64,000 nucleotides of DNA from Blastocatellia bacterium (GCA_045807765.1 JBJMGU010000120.1:778-64777); one strand, 5' to 3'; shown: positions 19,708 through 28,897, counted from the first letter of the stretch. Made by a program: numbers and translations. The notes: generated by a model not told the origin, from the letters alone.

Positions 19708-21408
19708 ATGCAAAAACATCGATTCATGACGCTGCTGCTTGTCATCAGCTTGCTGACAACCGGCACGGCGGCGCTCGCCCAGCCGCCGCAAGAAAAGTTT
19801 GACGAAGCGGCGATCAATAAGATCAGGGAAGAAGGGTTAAAGCACTCGCAGGTGATGGACACGATCAGCTATATCACCGACGTGACGGGTGCGCGCCTGA
19901 CCGGCTCGCCCAACCTCCGCGCCGCGCAGGAGTGGGCAAAGAATAAGCTCGCCTCGTGGGGACTGGCGAACGCTCACCTCGAAGCCTGGGGGCCGTTCGG
20001 GCGCGGCTGGTCGCTGGAAGGCTTTGCCGCTAATCAGGTGAAGCCGTATTACGCGCCGCTGATCGCTTACCCGAAAGCCTGGTCGCCTTCGACCAACGGC
20101 GCGGTGCGCGGCGAAGTCGTCTATCTGAACGCCGCGAGCGCCGACGATCTTGAAAAGTACAAGGGCAAGCTGAAAGGCGCCATCGTCCTGATCGATAAGC
20201 CGCGCGAAGTCAAAGCGCACTTCGAGCCCGAAGGCCACCGCCTGAGCGACAGCGACCTGTGGAAGCTCGCTAACGCCGAGCCGCAGGGCAGCGGCGGGCC
20301 GGGCCGTCGTTTCGAGCTCACCCCCGAACAGCGCACTGCAATGGAGATGAGCAATAAGAAATGGCAGCTCGTCGCCGCCGAAGGCGCCGCCGTCGTGCTG
20401 GAGCCAGGACGCGGCGATGGCGGCAACATGATCGTCAGCGCTGTGAACATTCCCGCGCCGGTTGATACGCCATTTGACCGCCGCCCGCGCGCCTGGGCCA
20501 AAGACGTCACAGGCGTCGTGCCGCAGGCCGTCGTCGCCGCCGAGCATTACAACCGGCTGGTGCGCATGATCGAGCGCGGCGCGCGGCCCGAGCTTGAGAT
20601 CAACATCAACACGCGCTTTCTCGATCAAGACTTGATGAGCCACAACGTCGTCGCCGAAATCCCCGGCACCGATCTGAAAGACGAAGTGGTCATGCTGGGC
20701 GCGCACTTCGATTCGTGGCATTCGGGCACTGGCGCGACCGACAACGCTGCCGGCTCGGCGGTCATGATGGAAGCCGTGCGCATCCTGCAAACCCTCGGCC
20801 TGAAGCCGCGCCGCACGATTCGCATTGCGCTGTGGAGCGGCGAAGAGGAAGGGCTGTTAGGCTCGCGCGCTTACGCCGGCGAACATTTTGCCAAGCGCGT
20901 CGACACCAATCCGCAACCGGGCAGCAATGCCACGCCGCAGTACGAGTTCAAACCGGAGTGGGACAAGGTCGCGGGCTACTTCAACATTGACAACGGCACG
21001 GGCAAGATTCGCGGCATCTACCTGCAAGGCAACGAAGCGGTGCGCCCGATCTTCCGCGCATGGTTTGCGCCATTCAAAGACCTGGTCGGCACAACCAAAG
21101 AGAACAGCATCGCGACGCTGTCAATCGCCAACACCGGCGGCACAGACCACCTGTCGTTTGACGCGGTCGGATTGCCAGGCTTCCAGTTCATCCAGGATAC
21201 GATTGAATACGACTCGCGCACGCACCACTACAACATGGACGTGTACGACCGCATTCAAGAAGACGACATGAAACAGATGGCGACAATCGTCGCCGCCTTC
21301 GTTTACAACACGGCAATGCGCGACCAGAAGCTGCCGCGCAAGGCGATGCCGGGCCAGCCCAACGCCCGCGCCGGACAGAAAAACAGGGGGCTAGGGACTA
21401 GGGGCTAG
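19708..21408 (+). CDS. M28-family aminopeptidase with PA domain, secreted
   Basis: ATG 19708 with AGGAGG upstream, then a signal peptide. GAHFDSWHSGTGATDNAAGSAVMMEAVRIL and LWSGEEEGLLGS motifs. Confidence 0.85.
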   Translation: MQKHRFMTLLLVISLLTTGTAALAQPPQEKFDEAAINKIREEGLKHSQVMDTISYITDVTGARLTGSPNLRAAQEWAKNKLASWGLANAHLEAWGPFGRGWSLEGFAANQVKPYYAPLIAYPKAWSPSTNGAVRGEVVYLNAASADDLEKYKGKLKGAIVLIDKPREVKAHFEPEGHRLSDSDLWKLANAEPQGSGGPGRRFELTPEQRTAMEMSNKKWQLVAAEGAAVVLEPGRGDGGNMIVSAVNIPAPVDTPFDRRPRAWAKDVTGVVPQAVVAAEHYNRLVRMIERGARPELEININTRFLDQDLMSHNVVAEIPGTDLKDEVVMLGAHFDSWHSGTGATDNAAGSAVMMEAVRILQTLGLKPRRTIRIALWSGEEEGLLGSRAYAGEHFAKRVDTNPQPGSNATPQYEFKPEWDKVAGYFNIDNGTGKIRGIYLQGNEAVRPIFRAWFAPFKDLVGTTKENSIATLSIANTGGTDHLSFDAVGLPGFQFIQDTIEYDSRTHHYNMDVYDRIQEDDMKQMATIVAAFVYNTAMRDQKLPRKAMPGQPNARAGQKNRGLGTRG

Positions 21409-21485
21409 GGAAGAGAGTAAGGCTCATGCAATACAGCATGCCATTTCTCTAGTCCCTAGCCCCTAGTCCCTAACCCCTAGCCCCT
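21387..21485. terminator. Hairpin with tandem-repeat arms (CTAGGGR units) between convergent genes
   Basis: GGGGCTAGGGACTAGGGGCTAGGG (21387-21410) against CTAGTCCCTAGCCCCTAGTCCCTAACCCCTAGCCCCT (21449-21485). It overlaps the 3' ends of both convergent ORFs. Confidence 0.55.
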
Positions 21486-22887
21486 ATTCCGTCTTGCTGC
21501 GATTGCGTCCCGCCGCTTCGTTCTCTTTGATCCACACGGTCTTGATGTTGACGAATTCGCGGATGCCGAAGACGCTCAACTCGCGCCCGTAGCCGCTACG
21601 TTTGACGCCGCCAAATGGCAGGCGCGGGTCGCTCGCCACCATGCCGTTGATGAAGACACATCCTGCCTCCATCTCTTCGATAAACCGCTGCCGCTCGGCT
21701 TCATCATTCGTCCAGGCACTGCTGCCGAGGCCGAACTCTGTGGTGTTGGCCAGGCGAATCGCTTCGTCAATGTCGCGGGCTTGAAACAATGAAGCCACCG
21801 GGCCGAAGAGTTCTTCGTAATAAGCCGGCGCGTCTTCAGGGATATCCGCCAGCGCCGTCGGCGCGTAAAAGTTGCCGAGGCGATCCAGCCGCTTGCCGCC
21901 GGTCAAAATCCGTGCGCCGGCTTCGACCGATTTGCGCACCTGCGCGTTAAGGTCTTCGAGAATGTCAGCCGTCGCCAGCGGCCCGATGTCGGTCGCTTCA
22001 TCAAGCGGGTCGCCGATTATGAGCGATTCCATTTCGCGGACGAAGCGCTGCTCGAATTCATCAGCAATCCGTTCGTGAACGATGAAACGTTTCGCAGCGA
22101 TGCAGGACTGGCCGTTGTTGATGGTGCGCGCCTTGACGGCGGTGGTCGCGGCTTCGTCAAGGTCGGCGCTCGGCATGACGATAAACGGGTCGCTGCCGCC
22201 TAGCTCAAGCACCGTCTTCTTGATGCGCTTGCCGGCACGTTCGGCGACGCGGCTGCCCGCAGGCTCGCTGCCGGTCAACGTCGCCGCCACGACTCGCGGG
22301 TCATCGAGCAGCCGCGCCACCTGATCCGCGCCGATGAGCAAGGTTTGAAATGTGCCTTCGACGAAACCGGCGCGGCGAAAAATCTCTTCAATGGCCAGCG
22401 CGCATTGCGGCACGTTCGAAGCGTGCTTGAGCAATCCGACATTGCCGGCCATCAAGGCCGGCGCGGCAAAGCGAAAGACCTGCCAGAAGGGAAAATTCCA
22501 CGGCATCACGGCCAGCACCGGCCCAAGCGGCTGGTAATGAATATAACTTTTGCTCGCGTTGGTCGCGACCATTTCATCGGCAAGAAACGCCTCGGCGTTT
22601 TCGGCGTAGTAGCGACAGACCCAGGCGCATTTTTCGGTCTCAGAGATGGCCGCCTTAATAGGTTTGCCCATCTCGATGGTCATCACGCGCGCGAAGCGGC
22701 CTTTGTCCGATTCAAGCACCTCGGCGGCGCGCATCATCTTCTCGCGGCGTTCTTGAAACGGCGTGCGCCGGTGGGCGCGGAAGGTGTCGGCGGCGAGTTG
22801 CAGCTTGCGCTCGATATCTGCGTCAGTCAGTGACTCGAAGGACTTCAAGGTTTCGCCGGTCGCGGGATTGATCGTTGCGATTGCCAT
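21484..22887 (-). CDS. NAD(P)-dependent succinate-semialdehyde / aldehyde dehydrogenase
   Basis: Start [12 protein letters not shown] at 22887. ALDH signatures [10 protein letters not shown] and [12 protein letters not shown]. Confidence 0.85.
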   Translation of the reverse strand: MAIATINPATGETLKSFESLTDADIERKLQLAADTFRAHRRTPFQERREKMMRAAEVLESDKGRFARVMTIEMGKPIKAAISETEKCAWVCRYYAENAEAFLADEMVATNASKSYIHYQPLGPVLAVMPWNFPFWQVFRFAAPALMAGNVGLLKHASNVPQCALAIEEIFRRAGFVEGTFQTLLIGADQVARLLDDPRVVAATLTGSEPAGSRVAERAGKRIKKTVLELGGSDPFIVMPSADLDEAATTAVKARTINNGQSCIAAKRFIVHERIADEFEQRFVREMESLIIGDPLDEATDIGPLATADILEDLNAQVRKSVEAGARILTGGKRLDRLGNFYAPTALADIPEDAPAYYEELFGPVASLFQARDIDEAIRLANTTEFGLGSSAWTNDEAERQRFIEEMEAGCVFINGMVASDPRLPFGGVKRSGYGRELSVFGIREFVNIKTVWIKENEAAGRNRSKTE

Positions 22888-23002
22888 GAGAATTAACCTC
22901 GTAGGAATGGGGTAGAGCAAGCAGCGACTCACAGCAAAAGCCTAGCACATTCGTCAGTCGTCAAGCATTGTGGCTTGGTGGCGGTTTTATTGATTTGCTA
23001 CG

Positions 23003-23884
23003 ATGGCGCTAGATTTTCCGACAAAGGATCAAGCAATGGCGAAAGCGATTGACATGCATGTGCATCTGCCGACGGCGAGCTTTCTCGATGGCGCGATCAA
23101 ACCGTTTCGCGCCGCCGCCGAGACCTTCTTTCGCACGGCGGTGCCGGTGCGCCAGATGGACGAGGTCGCCCGTCTCTACGAAGAACTCGATATCATCGGC
23201 GTGCTCCTGGCCTGGGACGCCGAGACCGCTACGGGTATGCCGCCGCTGACGAATGACGAAGTCGCCGAGGTCGTTAAAGCCTATCCGGGCCGCTTCATCG
23301 GCTTCGCCTGCGTTGATCCGTGGAAAGGCGAGCGGGCGATTGACGAGATGGAACGCGCGATCACCGAGCTAGGGATGAGCGGCGCGAAGTTTCATCCCGG
23401 CGTGCAGGCGTTCTATCCGAACGACGCGCGCTTTTATCCGCTCTACAAAAAGATCACCCAGTTGAAAATCCCTGCGCTCTTTCACACAGGCACAAACGCT
23501 CTGGGCGCGGGCACCCCCGGCGGCCTCGGCGTGCGCATGGATTACACGCGTCCGATCTATCTCGATCACGTTGCCGTGGATTTTCCCGAGCTGACGATCA
23601 TCGGCGCGCACCCGGCATGGCCGTGGCACGAAGAGATGCTGGCGATCATCGCTCACAAAGCGAACGTCTTCATGGATCTATCGGGCTGGTCGCCGAAATA
23701 CATTCCGAAAGCGATCATGGACGAAGCGCGCACGCGCTTGCAGGATCGCATCCTCTTCGGCAGCGATTACCCGTTCATCACGCCGTCGCGCTGGCTTGCG
23801 GATTTTGATTCGTTGGAAGGATTCAAGCCGGAAGTGCGGCAGAAGATTTTATACGACAACGCCGCACGCCTTTTGAAGCTGTAG
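23003..23884 (+). CDS. Amidohydrolase-2 (ACMSD-like, PF04909-type) family protein
   Basis: IDMHVHLPT..., HPGVQAFYPND..., GAHPAWPW..., FGSDYPF motifs. The start could be 23036. Confidence 0.75.
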   Translation: MALDFPTKDQAMAKAIDMHVHLPTASFLDGAIKPFRAAAETFFRTAVPVRQMDEVARLYEELDIIGVLLAWDAETATGMPPLTNDEVAEVVKAYPGRFIGFACVDPWKGERAIDEMERAITELGMSGAKFHPGVQAFYPNDARFYPLYKKITQLKIPALFHTGTNALGAGTPGGLGVRMDYTRPIYLDHVAVDFPELTIIGAHPAWPWHEEMLAIIAHKANVFMDLSGWSPKYIPKAIMDEARTRLQDRILFGSDYPFITPSRWLADFDSLEGFKPEVRQKILYDNAARLLKL

Positions 23885-23892
23885 CGTCTCCA

Positions 23893-23933
23893 CGAATGAG
23901 CGCGAATTTCATTCCCCCATCCGCGCTCATTCG
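23893..23933 (+). terminator. Stem-loop after amidohydrolase gene
   Basis: 12-bp perfect stem CGAATGAGCGCG / CGCGCTCATTCG with a 17-nt loop. No U-tract. Confidence 0.4.
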
Positions 23934-23955
23934 CAGAGAGTAAGAAACTTTACAA

Positions 23956-24438
23956 TCAATGGTTGAACAGCCACTCCTCGAAGATGCGTGACTCTTCCTT
24001 CTTGCCGCTGAAGCGGGCGCGGTTGCGACCCGTCAGCGCCAGGACCTCGGCGTGGTGCTGGCCGGCGCGGTCACCGATGCGCTCAAAATACTTGTAGAGC
24101 CGCGCAATCTGCTCGACCGATTCCTGCGCCGCTTCGACCGTCTTAAAGCTCAGGACGTTGCGAAAGAAACGGCTGTAGGTGTTCTGGTCGCGCGCCGTCG
24201 TCGTGTACAGGTCGAAGTAGCCTTGAATCAATCCGGCGCTCTGCAAAACGCCGGCGACGTAGCTCGGACGCGTGCCGACCTGGCGGGCGATTTCGCCGAT
24301 GTCTGCGGTGCCCGCGCGGTGCAATTCGAGAATGCGGTTCTTCTTTGAGTCCTTGCGCGTCGCGCGCTTCGGCTGCCGATCTTCGACCGGCGGCACAAAC
24401 GGCAGCGGCGCGGTTTCGTTAAACAATATTTCCTGCAT
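23956..24438 (-). CDS. Hypothetical HTH-containing protein (phage-like module, last gene)
   Basis: Predicted HTH ILELHRAGTADIGEIARQVGTRPSYVAGVL. No family recognised. Confidence 0.5.
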   Translation of the reverse strand: MQEILFNETAPLPFVPPVEDRQPKRATRKDSKKNRILELHRAGTADIGEIARQVGTRPSYVAGVLQSAGLIQGYFDLYTTTARDQNTYSRFFRNVLSFKTVEAAQESVEQIARLYKYFERIGDRAGQHHAEVLALTGRNRARFSGKKEESRIFEEWLFNH

Positions 24439-24484
24439 GGTTAATCCTCCTACGGCTCACAGGAAAGCGATAGCGACATCACCT

Positions 24485-25471
24485 TCAGCCGGCGTGGCGG
24501 ATCTCCACCTCGTCAGGCGTCTTCGATTTCAGATAATCGATGAAGGTGCTGGCCGCCTTGCGCGACAACTCTTCGGGACGGCACTTCAACTGTTCAAGGC
24601 ACTGCGCCTCGGCGTTGATGCCGTGCGCGTTGGCAATCGCGCGAATCGCTACGAGTTGCTTGGGCGTCACCAGATCGGCCATAGTCTTCGCCACCGGGTC
24701 GCGCGGGAATTGCGACTGCGCCAGCGCGGCGTTCGGCTTCTTCTGCGATGCCGCCTCTTCTTCCTTGCGATAGAGCTCGCGGGCGATGCCGAATTTGACC
24801 GCGGCGCGCTTCAACGCATCATGCTCGGCCTTCTTGATTCCCTTCTCGTCATAAGCCGAGCCGGTGCCGACGCCCTGGCGGGTGACGCCTTGAATGGTGA
24901 TCGAAGCCGTCACCGCGACGAAATCGCCGATCTGCTTGATCGAAATCACCTCGTGCGACCAGTCGGGGCAGATGCGGTCGAGCAAGTCTGCGACGACATG
25001 CCACTCGACGTAATCCACTTCATGCTCGCGGCCCGCGCGGTCCGTCCAGCCGACGCGCTGGCGAATCAATTCCGGCGACAGGGCATGTGACAGCTCTTTC
25101 AAGGTTTCGGCAAACGGCATCGCGATCACCTGTCCGCCATCGCCGTTGCGGTGATCCGCGTCACTGACTTCAATTTCAGGCTGCGACTCGGCAGTCACTT
25201 CGCCGGTGAATTCGTCCGGCGGCTCAAGGTGAAACTTCACCGCCAGAATATGCTCACAACGGTAGCGCGGCTCCGTTTCGACGCGCCCTTCATAATCGGC
25301 GCAGGAACAGCGCACGCGGCCCTCTTCGTCGCGCCAGACGCGGAACGTCTCTTTGTGGATGCCGGGGCTGGTGACGTTAAAGCCTTCGTAGTCGCGCTCG
25401 ACCATGCCCATTGCGGCAATCGTCTTGGCGCGATTCATTGCCAGATTGGTTTGCTCAACTGCTGCGCTCAT
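24485..25471 (-). CDS. SWIM zinc-finger / Rad52-Rad22-type single-strand annealing protein fusion
   Basis: CSCADYEGRVETEPRYRCEH fits SWIM CxCxnCxH. The central VDYVEWHVVADLLDRICPDWSHEV...GVGTGS...KKAEHDALKRAAVKFGIARELY matches the Rad52/Sak core signature. Confidence 0.7.
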   Translation of the reverse strand: MSAAVEQTNLAMNRAKTIAAMGMVERDYEGFNVTSPGIHKETFRVWRDEEGRVRCSCADYEGRVETEPRYRCEHILAVKFHLEPPDEFTGEVTAESQPEIEVSDADHRNGDGGQVIAMPFAETLKELSHALSPELIRQRVGWTDRAGREHEVDYVEWHVVADLLDRICPDWSHEVISIKQIGDFVAVTASITIQGVTRQGVGTGSAYDEKGIKKAEHDALKRAAVKFGIARELYRKEEEAASQKKPNAALAQSQFPRDPVAKTMADLVTPKQLVAIRAIANAHGINAEAQCLEQLKCRPEELSRKAASTFIDYLKSKTPDEVEIRHAG

Positions 25472-25650
25472 CTTCCGACCTCGCTTTCGTAAATCGCTTT
25501 TGCTCGTTGCTGGCTGGCGACAACGGCGGCCCGTGATTCAGATTCAACGGCCCCGAGCCGCGCTTCCAGCTCGCGCACCTGGCGACTCAGCTCCTGCACC
25601 CGCCGCCACAGCGCCTCAAAGTCTTCCCATACTTCAGAATGGCAGGACAT
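25468..25650 (-). CDS. Small coiled-coil protein, hypothetical
   Basis: MSCHSEVWEDFEALWRRVQELSRQVRELEARLG. Its stop overlaps the start of the SSAP gene by 4 nt. Confidence 0.4.
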   Translation of the reverse strand: MSCHSEVWEDFEALWRRVQELSRQVRELEARLGAVESESRAAVVASQQRAKAIYESEVGR

Positions 25651-25870
25651 CGCTTTTGCCTTCCTGCGCCGGCAATGGCGCGGCGCCAATCGCTTCCTGC
25701 ACTTCGGAGAGGAACTCCATCTCCGCTTCTAACTGCGCCGACCAGAACTCGTAGCCCTGCCAGGCGCTCCAGTCGGCCCACTCATCCATCTCTATGCGAT
25801 AGCTCGTTTTTTCTTCCTGGTTCTTCATGGCTATCCCCTTCTCTGTTTCATACGTGAAACATTGTATCAC
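25634..25870 (-). CDS. Small acidic hypothetical protein (first gene of leftward operon)
   Basis: 78-aa ORF with a GTG start, divergent from the XRE gene. No family recognised. Confidence 0.4.
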   Translation of the reverse strand: MIQCFTYETEKGIAMKNQEEKTSYRIEMDEWADWSAWQGYEFWSAQLEAEMEFLSEVQEAIGAAPLPAQEGKSDVLPF

Positions 25871-25921
25871 GGTTCCGAAATTTGTTTCAAGTGTAAAATA
25901 ATATGTTGCATCCGTGATACA
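25845..25921. promoter_or_regulatory. AT-rich divergent control region with inverted repeats (candidate XRE operators)
   Basis: Palindrome GTTTCA-TACG-TGAAAC (25845-25860). 10-bp inverted repeat TGTATCACGG (25863-25872) / CCGTGATACA (25912-21) between the divergent operons. Confidence 0.4.
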
Positions 25922-25962
25922 GGCTATGTTATAAGTATGATAGGTAAGGAGGGTCTTATCCG

Positions 25963-26391
25963 ATGACCGAACCCGCGTTGAACATTGTTGAGTTAGGGGA
26001 GTACGTGAAGCGCAAGAGGTTGGAAGAGAAGCTATCGCTGCGACAGGTGGCGACCAACATCAGTGTCAGCGCCTCGACGCTTTCGCGAATTGAGAATGGC
26101 ATTGGCGTGCCCGACAGCGCGACGCTGGCGCGGCTGGCGGCGTGGCTGGGCATCCCGCTTGAGCGGCTGATGCGCGGCTCGCTGGTCGAGACCGGCGAAG
26201 CCGCCACCGCGGCCTACATCGAGCCGGTGATCTATTATCCGACCGAGTCCATGCCGAGCATCGTCGAAGCCCACCTCAGGGCCGACCGCAATCTGAAGCC
26301 GGACATGGCGAAAGCCCTGGCCGAGCTGTTCCGCGTCGCTTATACTCAATTCGCTACGAAGCCAAACGAGACGACTGAGACGAATGAATAG
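25963..26391 (+). CDS. XRE-family HTH transcriptional regulator
   Basis: LGEYVKRKRLEEKLSLRQVATNISVSASTLSRIENG is a classic Cro/C1 HTH. Confidence 0.8.
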   Translation: MTEPALNIVELGEYVKRKRLEEKLSLRQVATNISVSASTLSRIENGIGVPDSATLARLAAWLGIPLERLMRGSLVETGEAATAAYIEPVIYYPTESMPSIVEAHLRADRNLKPDMAKALAELFRVAYTQFATKPNETTETNE

Positions 26392-27016
26392 TCAAGAGCC
26401 GCAGCCGACTCAACCAATAGATGAGCTGCTACCGCCGACGGCCAAGCGCCGCGTCTATGAGCGCATCGCGCTCAAGGTGCGCGAATTCGCCGGCGCCCCT
26501 CTGGATCAGCCGCTCGACCCCTGGAAACTGGCGCCCTTCGTGAAGATTCGCGTGATGAGCCTGCGCGACGTGCAGGGCTTATCGATGGAGAGCCGGCGTG
26601 TGCTGTTGGGCGATAACGGCAAGGCGTGGTCGGGCGGTGCCAGCCGTCCGCTGCCCGACGGCTCGCGGCTCGTCTTCCTGAACCCGAATCACACACGCGA
26701 GCGCCAGGCGGCGACCTTGATGGAAGAGATTTGCCACGTTCTGCTCGGCCATTCGCCGACCCGATTGATGCACGAAGAGGAGACCACCAAGGGCGTGCGC
26801 TTCCGCAACTTTGACAAGAACCAGGAAGAGGTCGCTTATGCGGTTGGCGCGGCGTCGTTGATTCCCTACTTTCCGCTCAAGCACGCGGTGCTGGCCGGTC
26901 TGACCTCTGACGTCATCGCGCGGCGCTTCGGGGTCAGCCGCGATCTGGTCGAATACCGCATCAAAGTCTGCCGCCTCTGGACCGAATACAAATCCCGCCG
27001 CGTCCAGGCCAGCTAA
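26384..27016 (+). CDS. ImmA/IrrE-like (DUF955/M78-type) protein with variant metal motif
   Basis: Overlaps the XRE gene by 8 nt. TLMEEICHVLLGH aligns to the family's aHELGHllLH, and QEEVAYAVGAASLIP aligns to E-x-EAN-x-FA. The first His of HExxH is Glu here. Confidence 0.6.
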   Translation: MNSQEPQPTQPIDELLPPTAKRRVYERIALKVREFAGAPLDQPLDPWKLAPFVKIRVMSLRDVQGLSMESRRVLLGDNGKAWSGGASRPLPDGSRLVFLNPNHTRERQAATLMEEICHVLLGHSPTRLMHEEETTKGVRFRNFDKNQEEVAYAVGAASLIPYFPLKHAVLAGLTSDVIARRFGVSRDLVEYRIKVCRLWTEYKSRRVQAS

Positions 27017-27055
27017 CTAAGCGTTCGGCCCCTGCGCGCCGGTAGTAAGGAAGCC

Positions 27056-27529
27056 ATGAAGAGGATGCTCTATAGAATCACCTTCTGGTGTCTGGTTTTT
27101 ACCTTTAGCTGCTCGACTGCTGCCCACAAGCCAACCGACAAAGATACGGCTGAGATCATCAGGCTCACTCTGGAACGTGCAATCGTCGCAGGTGAGGCTC
27201 CCGATTACCACATGATCAAGGATAGACCCCCTATTGTCATATCATCAGAGAATCTCAATCCGAACTGGCTGCCTCAGTTTCCAGGGCTTGAATTAACAAT
27301 GCTCGATCAGCAGCAAATACAAGAGAGGGCTGACGCAAGCCCACTTTTCTTATATCTGAGATTCAGAAGCATTCAGATAAAGGGGGAACAAGCAGAAGTA
27401 GTTTTGGATGTGGTCCAAGCCAGGGGGAAGCAAACTAAGGAGATGGGCTTCGGCGGTAGTCTGACAATCGAGTATCGGAAGGAAAATGGGAAATGGATAG
27501 GAGAGGTGAAGGAAAAGGTGATAGCCTGA
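27056..27529 (+). CDS. Cassette ORF 1: putative lipoprotein, hypothetical
   Basis: Signal peptide with Cys (VFTFSCS). AT-richer codon usage than the flanks. attC-like site starts 6 nt after the stop. Confidence 0.55.
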   Translation: MKRMLYRITFWCLVFTFSCSTAAHKPTDKDTAEIIRLTLERAIVAGEAPDYHMIKDRPPIVISSENLNPNWLPQFPGLELTMLDQQQIQERADASPLFLYLRFRSIQIKGEQAEVVLDVVQARGKQTKEMGFGGSLTIEYRKENGKWIGEVKEKVIA

Positions 27530-27534
27530 CAGTG

Positions 27535-27627
27535 GCCGAACAAGGCGTTGCAGCGGAGGCCGTGAAGCGCAGTTCTTATCGTGACTTGTGAGGCCGCTCA
27601 CGGCCCCGCTGAACGCGGGCGTTAGAC
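27535..27627 (+). repeat. attC-like site 1
   Basis: GCCGAAC-AA-GGCGTT-G-CAGCGG-A-GGCCGTG...variable...CACGGCC-CCGCTG-AACGC-GGGC-GTTAGAC. The 3' box fits GTTRRRY; the 5' box is one mismatch from RYYYAAC. Confidence 0.65.
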
Positions 27628-27666
27628 CTGCCAACGAGTACCGGGGGTTCAAAGAGCGGGGGTAAA

Positions 27667-28050
27667 TTGCGCAGAACTCTAATATTGCTTTCAACCTGCA
27701 TCACCCTCAGCTACATCCTGGCACTTGCTGGCTATCGGCTCTTATACTCGCTTTTCGCTGGAAGAGGAGCCAACGATAAAATCGACTTCATCCTGATCAC
27801 TGCCGTGGGTATCTTCCTTCTACTCCCGGCTACCTCTGTATTAAACGGCATCGTGGTCGGTTTGCTGGAAAAGAGTCAGCGATGGTGGCTATCTGGAATT
27901 TCAATAGCACCTTTACTGCTCTACCTGATCTATCAAATGCCAGCCGGGCCAGTGATGATCTTATGCATCATCTACGAGGTGATAAGCTTGGCTACAGGTT
28001 ATATAGCTATGAAGCTGAGATACCGGTATAGCCAACTAAGGCAGGTCTAA
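27667..28050 (+). CDS. Cassette ORF 2: small polytopic membrane protein, hypothetical
   Basis: 127 aa with about 4 hydrophobic helices and a TTG start. Its TAA stop lies inside the GTCTAAC box of attC-like site 2. Confidence 0.5.
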   Translation: MRRTLILLSTCITLSYILALAGYRLLYSLFAGRGANDKIDFILITAVGIFLLLPATSVLNGIVVGLLEKSQRWWLSGISIAPLLLYLIYQMPAGPVMILCIIYEVISLATGYIAMKLRYRYSQLRQV

Positions 28051-28136
28051 CAAGCCGTTGCGGCGGAGGCCGTGCCGCGAAGTTCACATAGTTCCCGAAA
28101 TGCCGCTCACGGCCCCGCTGAACGCGAGCGTTAGAC
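28045..28136 (+). repeat. attC-like site 2
   Basis: GTCTAAC (RYYYAAC) ... GTTAGAC (GTTRRRY), exact reverse complements. Same paired blocks and two unpaired 5'-arm bases as site 1, with a different central 27 nt. Confidence 0.7.
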
Positions 28137-28434
28137 ATCCTTGCTCGACAGAGACGTAATTGTTCGTCAGCGCCTACGAGCCCACTTCGCAGGCAAGCGC
28201 ACAACCACGAGTTGGTTGTGCGGTGGCGCAGCTCGCTGGCGTATGCCGTCACTTGCTTCGTTGCGTGGTCGTTGCGCTACTCGCTGGCGCATGTTTCGAT
28301 GTGGCCGCCCGCCGCGCCGCCGCTTCGCGGCAGTGCTTCAGCAGGCGCGGCTATGTCGTCAGTGTGCAGCATGCACAATCGGGATGCCGCACAGGCGCGT
28401 TGACTACGGCGATGCGTCAAATTATCGTTCAGAA

Positions 28435-28632
28435 ATGAAGGTGCGCGATGTGTTAAAATTGCTTAATGATGATCGCTGGTACTTGGTCGCGACCGAAGGC
28501 AGTCACCGTTAGTACAAGCACGCGACCAAGCCAGGACGTGTAACTGTACCAGGTAAGCCAAATGATGACCTTCCACCTGGAACCTTGAATAGTATATTGA
28601 AACAAGCTGGACTGAAGAAGTCGGGGGATTAA
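28435..28632 (+). pseudogene. hicA: hicA-type toxin gene interrupted by in-frame TAG
   Basis: MKVRDVLKLLNDDRWYLVATEGSHR*YKHATKPGRVTVPGKPNDDLPPGTLNSILKQAGL. The HicA signature GSH(R/K)x(F/Y)KH is split by an amber codon at 28510-28512 where family members have a sense codon. Confidence 0.7.
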
Positions 28633-28635
28633 AGC

Positions 28636-28848
28636 ATGCGCTACGCTATCGTCATCGAGAAAGCAGAGAATAACTATGCGGCCTATGTTCCTGACCTGCC
28701 AGGCTGCGTGACAACTGGGCAGACGATAGAAGAGACCGAAGAACAGATTCGTGAGGCTATTGAGTTTCATCTTCGGGGGCTACGAGAGGATGGCCTGCCG
28801 ATACCAGAGCCATCCAGCAAGGTGAACTACGTCGAAGTTGCTGCCTGA
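28636..28848 (+). CDS. hicB: HicB-type antitoxin (N-terminal RNase-H-like fold only)
   Basis: MRYAIVIEKAENNYAAYVPDLPGCVTTGQTIEETEEQIREAIEFHL is the typical HicB/UPF0150 N-domain. It starts 4 nt after the hicA reading frame ends. Confidence 0.75.
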   Translation: MRYAIVIEKAENNYAAYVPDLPGCVTTGQTIEETEEQIREAIEFHLRGLREDGLPIPEPSSKVNYVEVAA

Positions 28849-28897
28849 AAGCTGAACCCGGTAAGGCGTCAAATAGATTTGGCTGCGAGTCAGGTGC

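Noticed and set aside
27008-27050. A possible fourth, very short attC-like remnant (GCTAAC-TAAGCGTT-CGGCCCC...GGTAG) overlapping the ImmA stop. It would make XRE-ImmA a cassette too.
   Set aside because: The similarity is patchy, the stretch is too short for a full R''-L''/L'-R' fold, and the 3' box is GGTAG rather than GTTRRRY. I cannot support it without a covariance-model score.
28141-28434. Three overlapping track ORFs at the start of the hicAB cassette.
   Set aside because: Only the last 26 codons of the 28141-28512 frame (from ATG 28435) match HicA. The upstream ~290 nt have no coding signature. They do contain a short direct repeat (CTCGCTGGCG-N-ATG). Their function is unknown.
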